Origin: Thiobacillus sp.
GTDB taxonomy: Bacteria; Pseudomonadota; Gammaproteobacteria; Burkholderiales; Thiobacillaceae
Direction of reading: 5' to 3'
NCBI GenBank assembly: GCA_030692355.1
Contig: JAUYCF010000085.1
Coordinates: forward strand, 21,880-85,879
DNA: 64,000 nt
This document shows positions 51,126 through 61,921 of the stretch, one piece after another; within the stretch, counting starts at the first letter, position 1, and each line of letters begins with the position of its first letter. A program made the translations under genes and the position numbers. The notes under the pieces were generated by a model. The model was not told where the DNA came from and ran no database searches. It saw only the letters and a list, made by a program, of their open reading frames with translations.

Positions 51126-51476
51126 ATGTTGAAATCTCTGATCGGGGAATCCGCCGAATCGCGCGCCGAAGCGTTCCTGAAAACGCAGGGCCTGAAGCTC
51201 GTCATGCGCAACTGGCGCTGCCGCTTCGGCGAGATCGACCTCATCATGCAGGATGGTCCCACATGGGTGTTCGTCGAGGTGCGGCTGCGCAGCCGCAGCG
51301 ATTTCGGCGGCGCTGCCGCCAGCGTGACGCCGGCCAAGCAGAAGAAGCTGCTGGCCGCCGCGCGCCAGTATCTGACCACGCTGAAAACGCTGCCGCCGTG
51401 CCGCTTCGACGTGGTGGCGCTGTCCGGCGATGGCGTGCCGGACTGGATCAAGAACGCTTTCGACGATGTGGGATAA
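51126..51476 (+). CDS. yraN: YraN (UPF0102) family protein
   Basis: RNWRCRFGEIDLIM, VFVEVR, PCRFDVV; syntenic position. Confidence 0.92.
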   Translation: MLKSLIGESAESRAEAFLKTQGLKLVMRNWRCRFGEIDLIMQDGPTWVFVEVRLRSRSDFGGAAASVTPAKQKKLLAAARQYLTTLKTLPPCRFDVVALSGDGVPDWIKNAFDDVG

Positions 51477-51607
51477 TCCAGAATTGTTCATCAGGCGATT
51501 TGTGATGAGTAGGGTGCACTCTGTGCACCTTCGGGCGTCAATCGGTGCACAGAGTGCACCCTACTCTTTGTGTCTCGCGCCCTAATGAACAATCCCGGAT
51601 AATCCAG
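51471..51607. mobile_element. MITE-like element enclosing a REP doublet
   Basis: 11-bp direct repeat GGATAATCCAG (51471-81, 51597-607); inner inverted ends ATTGTTCAT/ATGAACAAT; internal GTAGGGTGCACTCTGTGCACC...GGTGCACAGAGTGCACCCTAC (51509-51564). Confidence 0.7.
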
Positions 51608-51638
51608 GCTTGAAGTTTCATGATTCACGCGCGCCCTC

Positions 51639-52232
51639 ATGCCCCTACACGATAGAATTTACGGCCATTTCCAGGCCTCGGCGCAGATCAAGCTGGATGC
51701 TGCCGGGGCGCTTGTTCCAGCGATTGAACAGGCCGCGCGCCACATGGTGCATTGCCTGGCGCAGGGCGGAAAAATCCTGGCCTGCGGCAACGGCGGTTCG
51801 GCAACGGATGCGCAGCATTTCGCCGCCCATATGATCAACCGCTTCGAGCAGGAGCGCCCCGGCCTGGCGGCGATTGCCCTGACCGCCGACACGTCCACCC
51901 TGACTTCGATCGCCAACGATTTCGCCTACGATCAGGTGTTTGCGCGCCAGGTGAAAGCGCTGGGCCAGCCGGGCGACCTGCTGCTGGTGATTTCCAGCAG
52001 CGGCAACTCGCCCAGCGTGCTGCAGGCGGTGGCCGCCGCCCACGCGCGCAGCATGCCGGTGATCGCCCTGACGGGGAACGGCGGCGGCGCGCTGGGGGAA
52101 CAAATGCAGGAAGACGACGTCTTCCTCAACGTGCCCGCCGAATCCGCGGCGCGCATTCATGAAGTCCATATGCTGGCTATCCATTGCCTGTGCGATGCGG
52201 TGGACAGCGTTTTACTGGGAGTAGAGGAATGA
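51639..52232 (+). CDS. SIS-domain GmhA/DiaA-family protein with atypical metal ligands
   Basis: CGNGGSATDAQHF, ANDF, ISSSGNS, RIHEVHMLAIHCLC; occupies the yraO/diaA position between yraN and the BON lipoprotein. Confidence 0.88.
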   Translation: MPLHDRIYGHFQASAQIKLDAAGALVPAIEQAARHMVHCLAQGGKILACGNGGSATDAQHFAAHMINRFEQERPGLAAIALTADTSTLTSIANDFAYDQVFARQVKALGQPGDLLLVISSSGNSPSVLQAVAAAHARSMPVIALTGNGGGALGEQMQEDDVFLNVPAESAARIHEVHMLAIHCLCDAVDSVLLGVEE

Positions 52233-52801
52233 ACAAACTGATTTATATCGCGCTGGCGGGCGTGGCGCTATCGCAGTTGCACGGATGTGCCGCGGTCGCC
52301 GTAGGCAGCGCCGCCACGGGTACGGCGGTTGCGCTCGACCGCCGCACCGCCGGCGTGTTTGTCAGCGACCAGGAAATCGAATTGCGTGCGATGAGCCGCC
52401 TGCGCGAAGCCATCCCGGAAAAAACCAGCAATATCTCCGTGACCAGCTACAACCGCCAGGTGCTGCTGACCGGCCAGGTGCCGGACGAAGCCAACCGCTC
52501 GCGCGCCGCTGAAGTTGTCAAGGGCGTTCCCGACGTGCGCACGGTGTTCAACGAACTCGGCATCTCGGGCGTCACCTCGTTCACCGCCCGGGCCAACGAC
52601 ACCACCATCACCGGCAACGTCAAGGCGCGCCTGCTGCGCGAAGAACGCGTGCCCGGCACCAAGATCAAGGTGGTGACCGAGTCCGGCGTGGTCTACCTGA
52701 TGGGGCTGGTGACGCCGGCCGAAGCCGGGGTCGCCACCGATATCGCGCGCACCACGTCAGGCGTGACCAAGGTCGTTACCCTGTTCGAAACCATCGACTG
52801 A
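52229..52801 (+). CDS. Dual-BON domain lipoprotein (DolP/YraP family)
   Basis: LHGC lipobox, [21 protein letters not shown]. Confidence 0.9.
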   Translation: MNKLIYIALAGVALSQLHGCAAVAVGSAATGTAVALDRRTAGVFVSDQEIELRAMSRLREAIPEKTSNISVTSYNRQVLLTGQVPDEANRSRAAEVVKGVPDVRTVFNELGISGVTSFTARANDTTITGNVKARLLREERVPGTKIKVVTESGVVYLMGLVTPAEAGVATDIARTTSGVTKVVTLFETID

Positions 52802-52832
52802 TGCCGCAACCCGCCTGCGCGCCCCCCCGCCC

Positions 52833-54296
52833 ATGATCTACCGCGACCTGCGCGATTTCATCGCACAACTTGAAAAAATGGGCGAGCTCAAACGCATCGC
52901 CGTCGAAGTCGACCCCAAACTGGAAATGACCGAAATCGCCGACCGCGTGCTGCGCGCCGGCGGCCCGGCGCTGCTGTTCGAGAATCCGAAGGGCAGCACC
53001 ATTCCGGTGCTGGCGAACCTGTTCGGCACGGTCAAGCGGGTGGCGCTGGGCATGGGCGAAGACGACCCGAGCCGGCTGCGCGAAGTCGGCAAGCTGCTGG
53101 CCTACCTGAAGGAGCCCGAGCCGCCGAAGGGCCTGCGCGACGCCTGGGACAAGTGGCCGGTGCTGAAGCAGGTTTTGAACATGGCGCCGAAGGAAGTGCG
53201 GAGCGCGCCGTGCCAGGAGATCGTGTGGGAAGGTGCCGACGTGGACTTGAGACGCCTGCCGATCCAGCACTGCTGGCCGGGCGACGTGGCGCCGCTGATC
53301 ACCTGGGGGCTGACCGTTACGAAAGGTCCGCACAAGAAGCGGCAGAACCTCGGCATCTATCGCCAGCAGGTGCTCGCACCGAACAAGCTCATCATGCGCT
53401 GGCTGGCGCATCGCGGCGGCGCGCTGGATTTTCGCGAGCACACGCTGGCGCATCCGGGCGAGCCGTTTCCCCTCGCGGTGGCGCTCGGCGCCGACCCGGC
53501 GACCATCCTCGGCGCGGTCACCCCGGTGCCGGATTCGCTGTCCGAATACCAGTTCGCCGGCTTGCTGCGCGGCGCCAAGACCGAAGTGGTGAAATGCCTC
53601 GGCAGCGAGCTGCAGGTGCCGGCTTCCGCCGAGATCGTGCTCGAAGGCGTGATCCATCCGGGCGAGACTGCACTGGAAGGTCCGTACGGCGACCACACCG
53701 GCTACTACAACGAGCAGGACACCTTCCCGGTATTCACGGTCGAGCGCATCACGATGCGGCGCGACCCGATCTACCACAGTACCTACACCGGCAAGCCGCC
53801 GGACGAGCCGGCGATTCTCGGCGTGGCGCTGAACGAGGTGTTCGTGCCGCTCTTGCAGAAGCAGTTCCCCGAGATTTCCGACTTCTACCTGCCGCCCGAG
53901 GGCTGCTCCTACCGCATGGCGGTGGTCAGCATGAAGAAGGCCTACCCCGGCCACGCCAAGCGGGTGATGTTCGGGGTGTGGAGTTTCCTGCGCCAGTTCA
54001 TGTACACCAAGTTCATCATCGTCACCGACGACGACGTCGACGTGCGCGACTGGAATGAAGTCATGTGGGCGCTCACCACCCGCGTCGACCCGGCGCGCGA
54101 CACCCTGCTGGTGGAGAACACGCCGATCGACTATCTCGACTTCGCCAGCCCGGTGTCGGGCCTGGGCAGCAAGATGGGCATCGACGCCACCAACAAATGG
54201 CCGGGCGAAACCAGCCGCGAATGGGGCACGCCGATCGTGATGGACGCGGCGGTCAAAGCGCGCGTCGACGCGCTATGGCAGGACCTGGGTTTATAG
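52833..54296 (+). CDS. ubiD: 4-hydroxy-3-polyprenylbenzoate decarboxylase
   Basis: [36 protein letters not shown]. Confidence 0.96.
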   Translation: MIYRDLRDFIAQLEKMGELKRIAVEVDPKLEMTEIADRVLRAGGPALLFENPKGSTIPVLANLFGTVKRVALGMGEDDPSRLREVGKLLAYLKEPEPPKGLRDAWDKWPVLKQVLNMAPKEVRSAPCQEIVWEGADVDLRRLPIQHCWPGDVAPLITWGLTVTKGPHKKRQNLGIYRQQVLAPNKLIMRWLAHRGGALDFREHTLAHPGEPFPLAVALGADPATILGAVTPVPDSLSEYQFAGLLRGAKTEVVKCLGSELQVPASAEIVLEGVIHPGETALEGPYGDHTGYYNEQDTFPVFTVERITMRRDPIYHSTYTGKPPDEPAILGVALNEVFVPLLQKQFPEISDFYLPPEGCSYRMAVVSMKKAYPGHAKRVMFGVWSFLRQFMYTKFIIVTDDDVDVRDWNEVMWALTTRVDPARDTLLVENTPIDYLDFASPVSGLGSKMGIDATNKWPGETSREWGTPIVMDAAVKARVDALWQDLGL

Positions 54297-55529
54297 GTGG
54301 AGACCCAGGATATTTTCCTCGGCCGTCAACCTATTCTCGATCGCGACCAGCGCATCGTCGCCTACGAGCTGCTGTTCCGTTCCGCCAACACGGCCAGCGC
54401 GTCCATTAGCGACGACATGCAGGCGACGGCCAGCGTCATTCATCACGCGTTCAGCGAAATGGGCGTACACGCCGTACTGGGCACGCAACTGGGATTCATC
54501 AACGTCAGCGCCGACATGCTGCTGTCGGACCTGGTGGAATTTTTGCCCAAATCGCAGATCGTGCTGGAACTGCTCGAAACCATCATCGTCACCGAAGCCG
54601 TGGTCGAACGCTGCCGCGCGCTCAAGCTGCTGGGCTTCGCGCTGGCGCTGGACGATTTTGTGTACGACGATACCTACCTTCCGCTGCTGGCGCTGGTCGA
54701 CATCGTCAAGGTGGATATGTTGCAGCACACCCAGGACGAACTGCGATCAGCGGTCAGCCGGCTCAAGCAATGGCCGGTGAAGCTGCTGGCAGAAAAAGTC
54801 GACAGTGCCGAGCAGGCCGCCTACTGCCAGGCGCTCGGCTTCGACCTGTTCCAGGGCTATTACTTCGCACGGCCTTCGGTGCTTTCCGCCAGGCGCGCCG
54901 ACCCCGCCCAGGTGGCGCTCACCCAATTGCTGGGGCTGGTGCTGCGCGATGCCGACACGCAGCAGATCGAACAGGTATTCAAACAGCACCCCGGCCTGAC
55001 CTACAACCTGATGCGGCTGGTGAACTCGGTGGCCAGCGGCGTCCGGCACAGCATCGCCTCGGTCTCGCAGGCGATCATGGTGCTCGGTCGCAAACAGCTG
55101 CAGCGCTGGCTGCAGCTGCTTTTGTTCACCCTGCAGGCCGGCGCGCCGTATCCCAGCCCGCTGCTGTTGCTGGCCGCCACGCGCGGCAGGATGATGGAAC
55201 TGCTGGCCGGGAAACAGCAGTGCAGTGTCGATTACTGCGACGAGGGGTTCATGGCCGGAATTCTGTCGCTGATCGACGTCCTGATCGACAGGCCGCTGGC
55301 CGACATCATCGGCGAGCTGGGCCTGGGCGAGCGCCTGGCCGCCGCCCTGCTGCGGCGCGAAGGCGAAATGGGTGCCTTGCTGCAACTGGTCGAAAGCGTC
55401 GAGCATCACGACCTCAGCCGCACGCTTTCGCTGCTGGCGCAATGCGGCGGCCTGTCGCTGTCCGAGCTGACCATGGCAGAAATCGAGGCCATGTGCTGGG
55501 CCAATCAGGTCGCCGAGGCGACTGCATGA
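54297..55529 (+). CDS. EAL-HDOD c-di-GMP phosphodiesterase-like protein (YuxH/PdeH architecture)
   Basis: GRQPILD, YELLFR, LALDDF, LLAEKV, QGYYFARP; HDOD half with LMRLVNS and FMAGILS. Confidence 0.85.
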   Translation: METQDIFLGRQPILDRDQRIVAYELLFRSANTASASISDDMQATASVIHHAFSEMGVHAVLGTQLGFINVSADMLLSDLVEFLPKSQIVLELLETIIVTEAVVERCRALKLLGFALALDDFVYDDTYLPLLALVDIVKVDMLQHTQDELRSAVSRLKQWPVKLLAEKVDSAEQAAYCQALGFDLFQGYYFARPSVLSARRADPAQVALTQLLGLVLRDADTQQIEQVFKQHPGLTYNLMRLVNSVASGVRHSIASVSQAIMVLGRKQLQRWLQLLLFTLQAGAPYPSPLLLLAATRGRMMELLAGKQQCSVDYCDEGFMAGILSLIDVLIDRPLADIIGELGLGERLAAALLRREGEMGALLQLVESVEHHDLSRTLSLLAQCGGLSLSELTMAEIEAMCWANQVAEATA

Positions 55530-56116
55530 TCACCGCCGAATCCGGCAGGCGGACGCGACCAGACAAGCCCCAGGGCCGGCGCACCTGCCTCTACACCCCC
55601 TCACAGCTCGACGCCATCGTCACCGATATGGCGCGCCAGGCGGCCGGCCTGCTGACCGGGCGCACGCGGGTTGCGATCGTCGGCATCCTGCGGCGCGGCG
55701 CGCCCCTGGCCGACCGGCTGCAGGCGCGCCTGGCCGAGACTTACGGCCTCGCCCACTGCGTGCGGCTGGACCTGCAGATCAAACGCTATGCCGACGACCT
55801 CACGCTGCTCTATCCCGAAACCCGGCTGACCGAAAACCCCACCCACGCCACGCTCGATCTCGTGGATCACACCGTGTTGGTGGTCGACGACGTGATGTAT
55901 CGCGGGCATTCCATGCTGCGTGCGGTGGAGTATCTGGCCGGCCGGCAGCCGGAGGAGATCCGCACCGTGGTGCTGGTGGACCGCGGCGCGGCGAAACTGC
56001 CGGTGCGCACCGACATCGTCGGTGTCCGTCTCGATGTCGCCCCCACGGACGTCATCGAATGCAACGTGCCGCCCTACGAGGACCGCTTCAGGATCGACCT
56101 GCTGCAGCCCGAATAG
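55526..56116 (+). CDS. PyrR/UPRTase-like type I phosphoribosyltransferase
   Basis: VGILRRGAPLA, RYADDL, VLVVDDVMYRG, LVDRG..KLPVRTDIVG; coupled to the upstream stop. Confidence 0.75.
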   Translation: MITAESGRRTRPDKPQGRRTCLYTPSQLDAIVTDMARQAAGLLTGRTRVAIVGILRRGAPLADRLQARLAETYGLAHCVRLDLQIKRYADDLTLLYPETRLTENPTHATLDLVDHTVLVVDDVMYRGHSMLRAVEYLAGRQPEEIRTVVLVDRGAAKLPVRTDIVGVRLDVAPTDVIECNVPPYEDRFRIDLLQPE

Positions 56117-56122
56117 CGCTGC

Positions 56123-56338
56123 CTACGTTTTATCGTCGTCCCCGCACTGGCGGCAGCCGAGGATGCTGAAGTAGCGCAGATACAGCCACAGCGCGCCCGG
56201 CAGCAGCGCCAGCCGCAGCCATTCCGATAGGGTGTCCGGCCACTGCTGCGCCTGCCAGGCGTCCACCGCCACCGGCAGCGCTTGGAACAAGGCCAGCAGC
56301 ACCAGAAACAGCGCCATCACGCGGCAGCCGGGATTCAT
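56123..56338 (-). CDS. Small two-TM membrane protein
   Basis: 71 aa, two hydrophobic segments, C-terminal GCRQC; ATG overlaps the dacB stop. Confidence 0.55.
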   Translation of the reverse strand: MNPGCRVMALFLVLLALFQALPVAVDAWQAQQWPDTLSEWLRLALLPGALWLYLRYFSILGCRQCGDDDKT

Positions 56339-57858
56339 GGCACCGCCCCTCCAGCCTGCCCTAAAGGATTCTTTTCAATATCCCCTTGTGGGCTGCTCCG
56401 GTCCACTACGGGCTGAATCCCATGTGGAGTCGTATGCACCCACTCCAGCAGGGCGTGCTGCGCCGCTTCGCTGCGGCGCGCGTTGGCGTGGTTGACCAGC
56501 ATGACGAAGCTGACGCGTTGGCCGTTCAAGGTATATACATAGCCGGCCAGCGCACTGACGCCGCGCAGGGAGCCGGTTTTGAGGTGCGCGCTGCCGCTGA
56601 ATGCGCTGCCGTTGAAACGCCGTTTCAGGGTGCCGTCGCTGGCGACGATCGGCAGTGCCGACTGGAACTCGGCGTGCAGCGGGCTGTTGTAGGCGGCCCG
56701 CAGCAACTGGTTCAGCGCGTCCGCGCTGATGCGCTCGATGCGCGACAGCCCGGAGCCGTTTTCCAGCACCAGCTTGCGGGTCGGCACGCCGCGCTGAGTC
56801 AGTATCTCGCGCACCGCCTGGGCACCTTTTTCCAGCGTCGCCGGCGCGCCGTATCTTTCCGCGCCGAGCGTCAGGAACAGGTTGCGCGTCATCAGGTTGT
56901 TGGAATGTTTGTTGAGGCGGGTGAGCGCATCGGTCAGCGGCTCCGAGGCGAATTTCAGCAGCGGCTCGGCGCCGGGCGCCATCCCCGGCAGCGTCGCGCC
57001 GCTCAGCGTGCCGCCCGACTCCGCCCACAGCCCGCGAAAAATGAAATCGAAGGTCGCGGCCGGCTCGAACAGATTCAGCGCCCAGGCCTGCTCGCCGCAG
57101 CCGCGCGGATAGCGCCCGCTCACCACCAGTTCAAGGCGTTCGGGGTCGGGGATGGCGGGCGCGAGCCCATCCTTCCAGCCGTTGCATTCCGCGCCGTCGG
57201 CCAGCACCAGGCGCGAGGTCAGCGTCACCCCCGGCAGCGCGATGTCCGGTACGATCCGCACCTGTCCTTCGTTCGGCTTCAGGCGCAGCGTCGTCGCGTT
57301 GAAGTTGGCCACCAGCGGCCCCGGTGCGGCGTTGTACAGGGCCAGCGGCTCGCCGTCGAAGGCGCCGGGGTCGATTGCCGGCAGCTCGAAATGGCTGAGG
57401 TCGAGCACCAGATTGCCGTGGATGTGGCGCACCCCGCGGGCGCGCAGTTCGCGCTGCAGCAGCCACATCCGTTCCAGTGTCAGGGTGGGATCGCCATGGC
57501 CCTTGATGACGAGGTCGCCGTTCAGCACGCCGTCCGTGATGACGCCGTCCGCCCAGACATCGGTCGACCACGCGTAGCCGGGGCCGAGCTGGCTCAGCGC
57601 CGCGAAGCTGGTCGCCAGCTTCATCACCGAGGCCGGATTCAGCGCCGCTTCGGCATTGTGGCTGAGCACGGGCGCCGCCGCGTCCAGCGGCTGCACCACC
57701 ACCGCCACATGATCGAGCGGGATGCCGGCCTGCTTCAGCGCATCGGTGAAGGCCGCGGGAAGCCCGTCGGCATGGGCGGACGCGACAAGGCATGCAAGCA
57801 GCAGGCCGGCGAGAAGATGGCGGGCGAGAAGATGGCGGGCGATTCGGAAAGGCATCAT
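56335..57858 (-). CDS. dacB: D-Ala-D-Ala carboxypeptidase/endopeptidase PBP4 (peptidase S13)
   Basis: NPASVMKL, KHSNN, ENGSGLS, LKTGSL. Confidence 0.93.
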   Translation of the reverse strand: MMPFRIARHLLARHLLAGLLLACLVASAHADGLPAAFTDALKQAGIPLDHVAVVVQPLDAAAPVLSHNAEAALNPASVMKLATSFAALSQLGPGYAWSTDVWADGVITDGVLNGDLVIKGHGDPTLTLERMWLLQRELRARGVRHIHGNLVLDLSHFELPAIDPGAFDGEPLALYNAAPGPLVANFNATTLRLKPNEGQVRIVPDIALPGVTLTSRLVLADGAECNGWKDGLAPAIPDPERLELVVSGRYPRGCGEQAWALNLFEPAATFDFIFRGLWAESGGTLSGATLPGMAPGAEPLLKFASEPLTDALTRLNKHSNNLMTRNLFLTLGAERYGAPATLEKGAQAVREILTQRGVPTRKLVLENGSGLSRIERISADALNQLLRAAYNSPLHAEFQSALPIVASDGTLKRRFNGSAFSGSAHLKTGSLRGVSALAGYVYTLNGQRVSFVMLVNHANARRSEAAQHALLEWVHTTPHGIQPVVDRSSPQGDIEKNPLGQAGGAVP

Positions 57859-57912
57859 CGCGTCATTATGCCGAATTCCACTGCGCGGGTTTCGCGCAGC
57901 CGCACACGGTGA

Positions 57913-59544
57913 TTACAGGGACTGCCTGATCGCCAGTACGGCCTGGTTGCGCAGCGATTTGAGCAGGGAAAGCTCTTTCTCGGGAATCGCGATGTCGCCG
58001 GGCTGCGGGCGGTCGGCGTAGATCAGGCCGATCGGCTTGCCTTTGACGATGATCGGGAACAGCACGAAGGTGCGCGCCGGAACATGCTGCCGGTACCACG
58101 CCGGAATCCGCGTCGCGATTTTCGGATCGTCGATGTCGGTGATCAGGATGTCGGCGTTGTTCTGCAGCGCGACCAGGAGCACATCCGGCTGCGCCGCCAG
58201 CGAGAAATCAAAGGCCCGGATCAGGTCCTGCACGCCGTCGCCGAAACCGAATTTGCCGCACATCGTGTTGTGGCGGCCATCCTTGATGCATAGCACCACG
58301 TGCGCGAAACCCATGCCGGTGTACATGGCTTCGAGGATCATGCGCAAGATATCGTTGACGGACATGCTGTCGTCGATCAGCGAGTTGCTGACGTCCTGCA
58401 GTCCGGCAGTGAGGACGGACTGGATCGCCTCGGTCGTGCGTTGCGAGGGGCCGCCGGCTTCGCCGGGTTCCGCGTCGAAGATGGCCGCGTGCTCATGCAG
58501 CGCGGCCGCTTCCAGTACGGCCGGGGCATCGGAATCCGTTCCCGCCAATGCGTCCGCCGCAGGCGCCGTGCCCGGCGCCGCGGCCATGCCCGCCCATTTC
58601 GACGCCTGTTGCGCAAAGGCGCTTTGCTTCAGGTTCACATTCACCGCCATGGCGAACGGCGCGATGTCCCGCATCGACCTTTCCATCAGGCCGGCGATCT
58701 GCTCCGCCGTCACCGGCACGCTGTCGCTGTAACGCGCCGTGAGTGCGGCCAGCGCCTTGCCACGATCCGCATCCGGCGTGCCAAGAACGATGTCGCACAA
58801 TTCGTTGGAAAACCCCGCCAGCGCGCACAGTCGTTCAGGGTTGCTCGCGCATTTTCTGATTTTCCCGGCCGGCAGTTGCTTCATGCTCAGCACCAGCTGG
58901 TCCGGGAATCCCCAGTTTCGGGCGATGCTCATCCCCAGATTCTCGTATGACAGCCCCAGTATCCGGGTCGATGCCCTGGCATCGCTCAGCCCTTCGGTCT
59001 TGATGAGCTGCCCGATCGCTTCGGTTTCGGCGGGGAAATAAAACATGGTCAGCATGCGTCCCAGGTTGTGCAGCATGGCGCCGATGAACGCCTCCTCCAC
59101 ATCCCTCAGCTGCGCCTTGCCCGCCATCTCGCGCGCCAGCATCCCGGCGTACAGCACCTTGACGAATTCTTCCTTCAAGTGCCGCGCGTGCGCCTTGTTT
59201 TCCAGGTTTTCGAACAGGATCAGGCTCAGGGCAATCGACCGCACCGCATCGAAACCGAGAATCACCACCGCGCGCGAAATAGTGCTGATCGAGCCGCCGC
59301 CGACCTGATTGTAGAACGCGACGTTGGCCAGCTTCAGCAGCTTGTTGGTCAGCGCGAAGTCCTTGAGGATGTTGTTGGAGAGCTCGTTGACCCCCTCGCG
59401 GTCGGAGGAGGCGATGCGGTTGATGTCGCCGATGGCCTCGGACAGGGCGGGGAAATCGCTCTCGATCCGTATGCGCCGCAGCAGGACATCCAGCGCAGTC
59501 TCCCTGGTCTCGGGGGTCGGGTCGAGCGGTGTATGTTCGTTCAA
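57913..59544 (-). CDS. HDOD-GAF domain protein
   Basis: DFPALSEAI, KDFALTNKLLKLAN, SRAVVILGF, AMLHNLG; C-terminal GAF-like PIIVKGKPIGLIYAD. Start uncertain. Confidence 0.82.
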   Translation of the reverse strand: MNEHTPLDPTPETRETALDVLLRRIRIESDFPALSEAIGDINRIASSDREGVNELSNNILKDFALTNKLLKLANVAFYNQVGGGSISTISRAVVILGFDAVRSIALSLILFENLENKAHARHLKEEFVKVLYAGMLAREMAGKAQLRDVEEAFIGAMLHNLGRMLTMFYFPAETEAIGQLIKTEGLSDARASTRILGLSYENLGMSIARNWGFPDQLVLSMKQLPAGKIRKCASNPERLCALAGFSNELCDIVLGTPDADRGKALAALTARYSDSVPVTAEQIAGLMERSMRDIAPFAMAVNVNLKQSAFAQQASKWAGMAAAPGTAPAADALAGTDSDAPAVLEAAALHEHAAIFDAEPGEAGGPSQRTTEAIQSVLTAGLQDVSNSLIDDSMSVNDILRMILEAMYTGMGFAHVVLCIKDGRHNTMCGKFGFGDGVQDLIRAFDFSLAAQPDVLLVALQNNADILITDIDDPKIATRIPAWYRQHVPARTFVLFPIIVKGKPIGLIYADRPQPGDIAIPEKELSLLKSLRNQAVLAIRQSL

Positions 59545-59586
59545 AATCTGCCCTCGTCCAGCCGGCAATCGCTTCGATTCTTCAAG

Positions 59587-60626
59587 TCAGGCGGTCCGCT
59601 CGCCCAGATCCCGCACGTACCAGTCCATCGCCTCGGCCAGTCCATCGCTGATGCGATGGGTGGGTTCGTACCCCAGCCGCGTGCGGGCCCTGGAAATGTC
59701 GGCCAGCGAATGGCGCACGTCGCCGGCGCGGAAGTCGCGGCAGACTGGCTTGGCGTTGGCCAGATGGGGATACTTCGGTGCCAGCAAGGAACGGATGGCT
59801 TCGAACAATTCGTTCAGCGTGGTGCGCTCGCCGACGGCGACGTTGTAGACCTGGTTGGCCGCGTCCGCGTGCTGGCTGGTGGCGGCGAGCAGGTTGGCCT
59901 GGATGACGTTGTCGATGTAGCAGAAGTCGCGGCTGGTTTCGCCGTCGCCGTTGATGTAGACCGGCTCGTTGTGGATCATGCTCGCCACCCACTTCGGCAC
60001 CACCGCGGCGTAGGCGCCTTCGGGATCCTGGCGGCGGCCGAAGATGTTGAAGTACCTGAGGCCGATTGACTCCATGCCGTAGCAGCGGCCGAACACGTCG
60101 GCATACAGCTCGTTCACCAGCTTGGTCACCGCATACGGCGACAAGGGCTTGCCGATAATGTCTTCGACCTTGGGCAGGCCGGGGTGGTCGCCGTAGGTGG
60201 AGGAGGACGCCGCGTAGACGAAGCGTTTCACCCTGGCGTCGCGCGCCGCCACCAGCATGTTGAGGAAGCCGGTATTGTTGGCGGCATGGGTCGACAGCGG
60301 ATCTTCGAGCGAGCGCGGCACCGAGCCGAGCGCGGCTTGGTGCAGCACGTAATCGACGCCTTTGCACGCGGCTTGGCAGTCGGCAAGCTCGCGGATGTCG
60401 CCGCGCTGGAAGCTGAAGTTTTCCCAGCGCGCGGGGCCGACGCTGGCCTGCACCTGGGCGAGGTTTTTTTCGTGGCCGGTGGCGAAATTGTCGAGGCCGA
60501 CGACGCGCTGGTCGAGCAGCAGCAGGGCTTCGACCAGGTTGCAGCCGATGAAGCCGGCGGCGCCGGTGACGAGCCAGGTCCGGGGCGCGACCTGAAGCTC
60601 CTTTTTCAGCGCGTCGAACGCGCCCA

Positions 60627-60627
<1 letters not shown>
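59587..60627 (-). CDS. UDP-GlcNAc(A) 4-epimerase (WbpP/TviC family)
   Basis: [41 protein letters not shown]. Confidence 0.9.
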
Positions 60628-61907
<1,280 letters not shown>

Positions 61908-61921
61908 ACCTGGATTCCCTT

